Position numbers and translations under genes: made by a program. Below the pieces are notes generated by a model. The model ran no database searches, was not told where the DNA came from, and saw nothing but the letters and a program-made list of their open reading frames with translations. A stretch of DNA of 63,984 nucleotides, filler included. It is 13 parts of 13 records of this genome, joined end to end, with 100 filler letters (N's around TTAATTAATTAA, not from the genome) between each part and the next. Parts side by side here need not be neighbours in the genome. Positions count along the whole stretch, not along the records: positions 57,048 to 60,091 come from SRR7504441_9733; positions 60,192 to 63,984 come from SRR7504441_9734; 11 more parts are not named here. One strand, written 5' to 3'. Shown piece by piece: positions 57,111 through 63,984 of the stretch; the first letter of the stretch is position 1; each line of letters opens with the position of its first letter.

Positions 57111-59836
57111 GTCCTAAAACTGGACGGCTCAGCTGTATCCCCTGAGGAAGCCGAACTGATCGCCCGCGCCTATGCCGACCTTCCCGCTGACCCCACATTC
57201 GAGCAGGCATTCTAACCGCATTTCAACCCGCTTTCTAACTGTTTCCTGTCAGGCCGAATCGAGCCTGCTTGCTGAAGGCTGGGCAGCGCTCCCGAAGGAT
57301 TCGATCGGGCTTGTCACGATGCACACAATCCGGTCCAATTTTAAGATGCTCCGAGGGCTGCTCGGCATAAGAGGCCAGCCAGCCCCCGCAGAGCCCGGCC
57401 CCTTGAGCGCGGAGAGGCTGAATAATAGCTATTTCCTGGAGCTTCGCGACAAAGTGCCCAACCGACTTTTTAACTGCTTTTAACGGCTTTTCAGGTGCTT
57501 TCGGGCGATCCGGAGGCGCTGGCTGCTGTTACTCCGGAGGCGGCGGAGAGCAAGTTGAAGAGCAAGCTGAATCAGTTATTCGATTTAATTGATTTCGATA
57601 AAGACGGCCAACTGACATATGACGAGATTGAGAGAGTTATCGGAAGGTAACTGTCAGATTTGTGGCCTGAGACCGGCCGAGCGCGGTTGCAGGCCGAATC
57701 TGCTGATGCTACTGGCTCAGATTCCCGGCGGGCTGCCCGGGCACACCCCGCGCCAACGGCAGGTATGTTAACACCAGCTTGCCTGATTAGGAAATATTGG
57801 GACGTCATACCTGCCTGATTAGGGCATGTTGGCAGGCGGTGAGTCGGGCCGAGTTTATGGACTTTTTCGATAATCAAGTTTCCGTTATTGGGCCGGGCTT
57901 AACTTTCAAGCTGGTGGCGGCGCTCTGTCAGGACGAGGGCAAGAACCGCCAGGTGCCTTCCAAATAAGGAAATTTGGGACGTCATACCTGCCTGATTAGG
58001 GAGTGCAGTGCACGCTCCAGGCTGGGAGCAACTTTGAGCATGAAGTGACGCGAGTCTACACGCTGCTCGACGCCAACATGGTGTTAAGCGCACCTTCCTA
58101 ATAAGGAAATGATCTGTTAACAGGACCATTCGGTCGACTCGGACGAGCTGCGCGCCGTCTGGGGCCAGAGTGGGTCGCTTCTTGCTCGGGCATTGGATGT
58201 CGACTCCAACGGGCTCATTTCGCTCACGGAATGGAGAAGGTTCTGGGGGCAGGTACTTGCCTAATTAGGAAGTTTGGGACGTCAGACTTGCCCGATTAGG
58301 GAATAATAATCCGGGGCAGCTGGCGGCCAATCAGGGCAATGCGCTGGCGGATTATCAGTTGGGCTTACTCACGGCGAGAGTTGAGAAATGCCTCAAAGTG
58401 CCGGCCCAGGTGCAGGCCAGCTGCCTAGTTATGGAATGATTCGGGTTCAGGTGCAGAGGCTGTCGACCGAGCTTGCCAAGGAGCATCCGGGCGCGCTTTA
58501 ACGGCTCTTAACTGCTTTTAACGGCTTTTCAGGCGCCGAGTACTCGAAACTTGAAATGGCTCTGCTCTCGCCCAAATTGCACCAAGTGGCTGTTGGGATT
58601 TGAAGTGGCACTAACGGACTTTTAGGTGGCGGTTGAGGCTTTTAGGATCGTCGACTCTGATCGAAGCGGCACGATAGAAAAGCCGGAGCTTTTCTCGCAG
58701 GTGCGCCTAATTTTAGCAAGTGCTGACCGGCACAGTCGCCTAATTAGGGAATAATCAGGTTAATGCTGAGGGTGGGCAGGGCACTGCGCTGCAACCGACA
58801 GCGGAGCGGACGCTGAGGTTATCTCCCGGGGAGGAAGTGCTGCTGGTGCTTTGGAAGGTGTGTTAAGTGTACCTTCCTTATAAGGGAATCATCTGTTAAC
58901 AGGTGCTCGATCAAGACGGCGACAACAAGGTCAGTTCAGACTGTGTTATTTATACTTGTATCTAGCTAATGCTGTGGTCTGCTTCTCTCGCCCACAAGAC
59001 CTTGTTAAGGATACAAGTAGCAGCATAGAGCTACACATAGCTAGGTGGTGAGATATCGGCCTACAGGTGAGTCTGGACGAGTGGTGCCTCTTCTGGCAAT
59101 GGGTGAGACTTTCAGCAACCGACTCTAACTGACGTGCGACTTTCAGGTCCAACATGAGACTTCCGCCGAGGAGTGCTTGTCTGGGCTGGAACTGGTTATT
59201 AGACAGCTGTCGCTCCCGGCCCCACCGGCCCCCGCGTGGGAGCTCTCGACCAGCGCGCTGCAGCTGGCTCGAAAGGCGTGTTAAGCGCACCTTCCAAATA
59301 AGGAAATGACCGGTTAACAGGGGTTCGCGATGCTCGATCTCGACCAGAACGGCACCATATCTCGGATCGAGCTCGCCAGTCTCAAATGCAATTGGGGACT
59401 ATTTTTTGTGCCGGCCCTTCAAGGGATACCCTCAGGTCCCTGACAACCAGAGCTGTTTTAAATCAAAAATGACGTTATTTGGGAGCAGATGAGGCGTTTC
59501 GGCGGGTGTGGCATCGGATGGATCCGAACGGGGACGGCCAAATAACGGAAGACGAGTGGCTCTGCTTTTGGGAGCATCTTCAGTCGGAGGCGGATCCTCA
59601 CGAGTGCGAGGTCCTACCTAGTTAGGGAATAAGAGGCGTCACACCTGCTTAGTTTGGGACTAATTTGAGTCCAGACTGAGCGGATTCAGGTGGCTTTGGC
59701 GCTGGTGTGTCACGAGCTGGCTGCACAAGATACCACAGCTGTCCCGTATGCCAGGTACGTGAGTCGATGGACGTGGCTAAGGTAATGGTTGGGTGACAGA
59801 GGTCTAAGGGAGAGCGAGTTGCTCGAGGCTCGTTGA
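57048..59836 (+). CDS. Multi-EF-hand protein with about 19 introns, 5' truncated
   Basis: Manual splicing restores a continuous frame with EF loops DFDKDGQLTYDE, DANM|DHSVDSDE, DVDSNGLISLTE, DSDRSGTIEKPE, DQDGDNK|VSLDE, DLDQNGTISRIE and DPNGDGQITEDE. Confidence 0.85.
57454..57494 (+). repeat. Repeated intron, family C
   Basis: Ends TTAACTGCTTTTAACGGCTTTTCAG, identical to the end of intron 58491-58532. Confidence 0.65.
57763..57835 (+). mobile_element. Repeated intron, family B
   Basis: Two GCCTGATTAGG cores around TTGGGACGTCATAC; also carries TGTTAACA. Confidence 0.68.
57953..58008 (+). mobile_element. Repeated intron, family B (with family A core)
   Basis: CCTTCCAAATAAGGAAAT + TTGGGACGTCATACCTGCCTGATTAGGG. 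Confidence 0.68.
58081..58123 (+). mobile_element. Repeated intron, family A copy 1 (candidate introner)
   Basis: G-TGTTAAGCGCACCTTCCTAATAAGGAAATGATCTGTTAACA-G; it splits an EF-hand loop. Confidence 0.75.
58253..58319 (+). mobile_element. Repeated intron, family B
   Basis: CTTGCCTAATTAGGAAG-TTTGGGACGTCAGA-CTTGCCCGATTAGGGAA. Confidence 0.68.
58491..58532 (+). repeat. Repeated intron, family C (GC-AG)
   Basis: Three tandem 10-nt units T(T/C)TTAAC(G/T)GC followed by TTTTCAG. Confidence 0.65.
58858..58902 (+). mobile_element. Repeated intron, family A copy 2
   Basis: 41-nt core 58861-58901 flanked by GGTG on both sides. Confidence 0.75.
59276..59320 (+). mobile_element. Repeated intron, family A copy 3 (GC-AG)
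   Basis: 41-nt core 59279-59319 flanked by GGCG/GGGG; the GC donor is needed to keep frame. Confidence 0.72.
59611..59689 (+). mobile_element. Repeated intron, family B (diverged)
   Basis: CCTAGTTAGGGAA..GGCGTCACACCTGCTTAGTTTGGGA. Confidence 0.55.
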
Positions 59837-60191
59837 TCCATCGTCAGTGGGCCATTCATCAGGCATTCATGATTGAGCACTTAGGTCGCCGTGATTAATT
59901 ACAATTAAGGCTAGAACATAGTCTCAAAAGAGCACATTGAGCTTTAAATATTAGTTCGATCTACTGTAGACATACTCGTAGTTTAAGCTGACTAATGCTG
60001 ACGGGTTAGCCATTTGAAGGGTGGGCAAAGACTTACTTGTAATATGTTCATGTGGCCTGGCGGGTGGACAAGGAGGCGGTGTGTGCCCCGANNNNNNNNN
60101 NNNNNNNNNNNNNNNNNNNNNNNNNNNNNNNNNNNTTAATTAATTAANNNNNNNNNNNNNNNNNNNNNNNNNNNNNNNNNNNNNNNNNNNN

Positions 60192-61525
60192 GTGCTCGAC
60201 TCTGGGCTGAGCGGGGCGGCCACCCACCTGCGGAACGCGGACGTCACCGCGCTCCAGAAGATCGAGCGGTCGCTGCACATTTACCGCGTGGATGACGACG
60301 ACGTCATTCTGCGCGACCGCGGGTGTGGAGTATACGAGAAGGTGCTCGCACGGCGGGCGGCTGGGGCTGAGACTGCTGGTTCAGGATCTGCTGGCGCCAT
60401 ACCGGTACATCTGCGAGGAGAAGGGCAAAGACATCCGGAGCAAGTTTATCCGAGCGTTCAACCAGGTCCATCCGGCCTGCACGGCCCGCCGCTGAGCCTC
60501 GGGCGGCCCAGTGGCTCGAGATTCCCGACGAGATGTGCGCCCAGGTGCTCGGAGCCAGCGGCAGCGGGGCTGAGTGTGTGAGACAGATCCGGCGGGTGAC
60601 GCAAGGACTGCACAACGCCAGTTTGCTGATCGATGACATTCAAGACAACTCGTGAGCCGCGCGCTGGATGTTTGCCCTCTCACCAACACTGTGCAGCAAG
60701 CTGCGGCGCGGGAGGCCATGCGCCCACCTGGTGTACGGGGAGGCGCACACCATCAACTGCGCCAACCACATCTATTTCCTGGCGGTGCAGGTGCAGCTGA
60801 GCACCGCGCGAGCGCTCAGGCTGCTCTGCAGGAGGTGCTCGATATGTCAAATGCTGAGGCTCTCCGCCTGTTCAATTCGGAGATGATCGAGCTGCACCGC
60901 GGCCAGGGGATGGACATCTGGTGGCGGGACGGCAGCCACCAGCGGGCCCCAGTGGAAGAGGAGTATCTATCAATGGTGAAGAAAAAGACCGGCGGCCTCT
61001 TCAGGTCGCTTGCATTCAGCTGGCTGGTCTAACGGACAGCAGGCTGTCCACCGGACTGATGGCGGCGCACAGCACCAACAAGATCGATCTGGTGCCGCTG
61101 CTCGACAACCTGGCCGTCTTTTTCCAGGTCGGTTGGCTGCAGGGCCGGCGGCGAGTGGGCGGCAGGTGCTGGACGATTTGCTCAACCTGGCCTCTGAGGA
61201 GTATCACACCAATAAGAGCTTCGCCGAGGATCTGACCGAGGGCAAGTTCTCGTTCCCGATAGTGTGGGCGATCGCCAAGGATTGTGACAATAGGATCTTG
61301 CCTCTGCTACGGCAGCGGACTGAGGACGAGGACATGAAGCGATATTTCATTAGGTACTTGGAGCAGCTCGGGGCCATGGACTATACGCGCAAGTACTTGG
61401 AGGAGCTGCGGGGGACGGTGATGGCCCAGATCGAGGATCTCGGGGGCAACAAGCTGCTCGTGGACATTCTAGAATACTTGTATGCCAAGATCCCTGCCGT
61501 GGAGGTGGTCGAGTCGAGTGATTGA
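60192..61525 (+). CDS. GGPS1: Geranylgeranyl diphosphate synthase (GGPS1/BTS1-type), 5' truncated
   Basis: [76 protein letters not shown]. Confidence 0.92.
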
Positions 61526-61669
61526 TCCCGAAGGCTCCATGGATTTAGAATTTAATTTACCATGTACAGTAGCACAGTTGTTGCGAATTAAGGTCAACTA
61601 ATTAGAAGTCTCATTAAATATCCGCTTAGAAATTAGAGTGTCGCGCTTGAGGTTAACTTTGAAGCTGCT

Positions 61670-62365
61670 TTACGTGCCTTCAACGCCTTCAGGTGTATCA
61701 GGCGCCTCCTCGCACGTAGCAAAATCAAACGTGCTCGGGATGGCCTCCGGATAATTCGCGAAATAGGCAGGGAGCAGCGCCTCCCCGGCCGGCACCAGAA
61801 TGGCCACGGCCACCGGCAGCATCTTGCCCAGGTCTGCCATCGTCAGATGCAGGAATTCCTCCTCTTCGGGCTCCAGCCGATCCCCCGCCGCTCTCCGGGA
61901 CAGCAGCGGCTTGCACGCCTCGGCGTTGGCAGCCAGTGCATCCATCCCGTTGGCCAAAGGCCGAGAGGCCCGGTGGGCACGGTTCGAGAGCCCCTCCATT
62001 CGGGCGCTGGCTGCGGCGGCCATGCGGGCACCCAAGGCATCGATTTGGCTCAGCGGAGACTCGAACAGGGAGGTCAGTGCGCTGGGCTGCGCGGCAGCCT
62101 GGAACCCGATCCGGAGCGGCCGACCGGCCTGTCGGATGGCCTCCACCACCTGGCTGAACGGCTGGCCCGCGGTGGATTCGCCATTCAGGTGCACTAGCAG
62201 CATGCCCTCTGTCAGCTGCCCCTCCAGCGCCGCGCTCTTGACCTTTGTGATTCTGGCCGGCCCCGACGGCCCGGCCGCCCCGAGCTCCAGCCCGAGCGGC
62301 CCGGGCTCGGTCCAGCTGTGCTCCACCACCTCCAGCACCTTGTCCTTGTTCCTGATGAGGCCCAC
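61670..62365 (-). CDS. PDZ + LETM1-like domain protein, start codon unresolved
   Basis: GPLGLEL..LVHLNGES..FSQVVEAIRQAGRPLRIGF (PDZ); EEEFLHLTMADLGKMLP..VPAGEALLP..PEAIPSTF (LETM1-like). Confidence 0.72.
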   Translation of the reverse strand: MGLIRNKDKVLEVVEHSWTEPGPLGLELGAAGPSGPARITKVKSAALEGQLTEGMLLVHLNGESTAGQPFSQVVEAIRQAGRPLRIGFQAAAQPSALTSLFESPLSQIDALGARMAAAASARMEGLSNRAHRASRPLANGMDALAANAEACKPLLSRRAAGDRLEPEEEEFLHLTMADLGKMLPVAVAILVPAGEALLPAYFANYPEAIPSTFDFATCEEAPDTPEGVEGT

Positions 62366-62384
62366 TTTTTTTCCAGCCAGCTCG

Positions 62385-63791
62385 ATGATGGCGGGGTCAT
62401 CTGCGACGGCCGAGGGTTGTTGGGACGAGCTGTACGACCTCGTTGTGATCGGGGCCGGGCCGGCCGGGCTAGGGCTGGCGGCGCACGCGGTGGAGCGCGG
62501 GCTGCGGGTGTGCTTGCTCGACCGGAATCTCGACCGGCCGTGGCATTGCACGTACTGCAACTGGACTGACGATCTGGACCAGATAGCCTGGCTCGACCAG
62601 CCACACCAGCTGTTCGACGTGCGCTGCCCGGAGACGATCGTTCGTTACGCCGACGGCGGGACCGAGCGGCTCGGTCAGGGGTACGGCCGGATTGACGGCC
62701 CTCGGCTCCAGCGGCAGCTGCGGGGCGTGTTCGATGCCAGTGGGCGTGGGAAGGCGGTGCAGGCGTCGGCGGACCGGGTGGAGCACTACGAGGAGAGCAG
62801 TGCTGTCTGGTGCCGCGGGCTGGACCGGCTGCTGGCCGGGCGCGTGGTGGTGGACTGCAGCGGGCACTACAGCCATTTCCTGGACTACGCCGCGGGCGCG
62901 AGTCGCAAGTGGCAATCTTTCCACGGGGAGGAGCTCCGGTCGGCCGAGCCGCACGGGTTTGACACCCGCCAGATGGTGCTGTTTGACTGGCGCCAGCCGG
63001 AGCCGTCCGACGCGCTCCCGCCGCTGTTTGCGTACATCCTCCCCATCGACCAGCACACAGTGTTCGTAGAAGAGACCTGCCTGATCTCGCCCGGACGCGT
63101 CAGCCTGGACGCGATCGCCCGGCAGCTGCAGCACCGGAAGCGGGCGCTTGGGCTGGCCGGGGCCGAGGTGATCAGCAGCGAGAGCTGCAGCTTCCCTATG
63201 GGCGGTGCACTGCCTGTGCTCCCGCAGCGCGTGCTCGGGTTCGGGGCAGCCGCCCGGATGGTGCACCCGGCCACCGGGTACAGCGTGGCGTACTCGCTCA
63301 GGATGGTCCCGCGGCTGGTCGACTGCCTGTGCGATTCGATCAGGTCCGGTCGGTCCGGCCCGGAGCTTGCCGCCCGGGCCTGGGAGCAGGTTGTATGGCC
63401 GGCCGACAAGGTGCGGCTCTACCGCATCTACTCGATGGGCTCGCACGTGCTGACTCAGCTGAGTGTCGGGCAGCTGTGCGCCTTCTTCCGGGCGTTCTTT
63501 GCGACCGGACCGGCCAAATGGATGCCTTTCATGTGCAGGACTGACTCGGCCAAGCGGATTGTGAGCTCGATGGTCAATATGTTCCTGATAGCCCCGATGG
63601 AGATCAGGCTCCGGTTGGTGTGGGGCGCGGTCACAAACGGCGGGTTCGAGCTGGTGCTGGCAGTGCTAGCGGCCGTGTGGAAGGCGGATCCGACCGATGG
63701 CCAGCCACGCTCCGACCATCGGGACAACGAGCGGGAGCCCATGCTTAACCCAGCAAGTGTTGTGGTGAGTACGTCCGACACGCCGGCCTAA
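62385..63791 (+). CDS. crtL: Lycopene cyclase, CrtL/LCY-type
   Basis: YDLVVIGAGPAGL, Y..W.DD, GYGRID, MVLFDWR, F.Y.LP...VFVEETCL, E...FPMGG.LP, FGAAARMVHPATGYS; intronless. Confidence 0.9.
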   Translation: MMAGSSATAEGCWDELYDLVVIGAGPAGLGLAAHAVERGLRVCLLDRNLDRPWHCTYCNWTDDLDQIAWLDQPHQLFDVRCPETIVRYADGGTERLGQGYGRIDGPRLQRQLRGVFDASGRGKAVQASADRVEHYEESSAVWCRGLDRLLAGRVVVDCSGHYSHFLDYAAGASRKWQSFHGEELRSAEPHGFDTRQMVLFDWRQPEPSDALPPLFAYILPIDQHTVFVEETCLISPGRVSLDAIARQLQHRKRALGLAGAEVISSESCSFPMGGALPVLPQRVLGFGAAARMVHPATGYSVAYSLRMVPRLVDCLCDSIRSGRSGPELAARAWEQVVWPADKVRLYRIYSMGSHVLTQLSVGQLCAFFRAFFATGPAKWMPFMCRTDSAKRIVSSMVNMFLIAPMEIRLRLVWGAVTNGGFELVLAVLAAVWKADPTDGQPRSDHRDNEREPMLNPASVVVSTSDTPA

Positions 63792-63984
63792 TGATAAAGT
63801 GTAGATGCTAACTAATTACTTAAGCAACGTCATGATGTGAGCACCGTCGCCTCCCGTCGCCCCATGCGTCGCCCGCGCGTTCCACTTTCGAATCGAATCC
63901 ATTAGAATCCATCGCAGGTCGGCGCAAGGTGACGTCCGCGTTCCGCAGGTGGGCGGCCGCCCCGCTCAGCCCAGAGTCGAGCAC

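Noticed and set aside
57048-59689. Palindromic repeats separated by unique sequence, superficially CRISPR-like
   Set aside because: The unique segments are in-frame EF-hand exons of variable length, the repeats lie inside GT/GC-AG introns, and no cas genes are present.
3837-60191. Twelve identical TTAATTAATTAA units flanked by Ns, resembling a regular repeat array
   Set aside because: These are artificial six-frame-stop contig linkers. Genes on different contigs, such as the three F-box-like genes, therefore cannot be treated as a cluster.
61800-62384. Apparent 195-aa Ser/Ala-rich N-terminal extension of the lycopene cyclase, like a transit peptide
   Set aside because: It is the antisense of the PDZ-LETM1 coding sequence; the ATG at 62385 fits the CrtL N-terminus.
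1-63984. Alternative genetic code, tRNA/rRNA genes, transposase or viral hallmark genes
   Set aside because: In-frame stops are explained by short introns, TAA/TAG/TGA all end genes, and none of these gene types was recognised by eye.

Overview
This is not prokaryotic DNA and not one contiguous locus. It is 13 contigs of a GC-rich, very gene-dense eukaryotic genome, probably a flagellated protist and probably from a metagenomic or single-cell assembly. The contigs are joined by artificial 100-nt N44-TTAATTAATTAA-N44 linkers. Most genes are split by tiny spliceosomal introns (about 35-46 nt, many with GC donors), so the six-frame ORFs are exon fragments; I rebuilt gene models by hand and boundaries are approximate. 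Recognisable genes include calpain, a CCR4/nocturnin-like EEP, CEP95, ZSWIM7, bacterial-type PARG, a papain protease, EMC7, a nucleoside phosphorylase, RAP1, PEX16, CWF19L1, GGPP synthase and a CrtL-type lycopene cyclase. The most striking signal is one multi-EF-hand gene (57048-59836) whose ~19 introns mostly belong to three repeated families, two of them palindrome-bearing; one is a 41-nt element with terminal inverted repeats and TSD-like flanks, i.e. a candidate new introner system. Other highlights are unusual fusions and pseudoenzymes (phage homing-endonuclease-like DNA-binding domain + PhzF; F-box + dead archaemetzincin; F-box + Sec7 + CaaX; EF-hand + CKK), a tandem 2x4-TM Cys-loop membrane protein, a gene with no stop codon before the convergent neighbour, and candidate 3'-end signals. 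All family assignments come from motif recognition; no database search was run.
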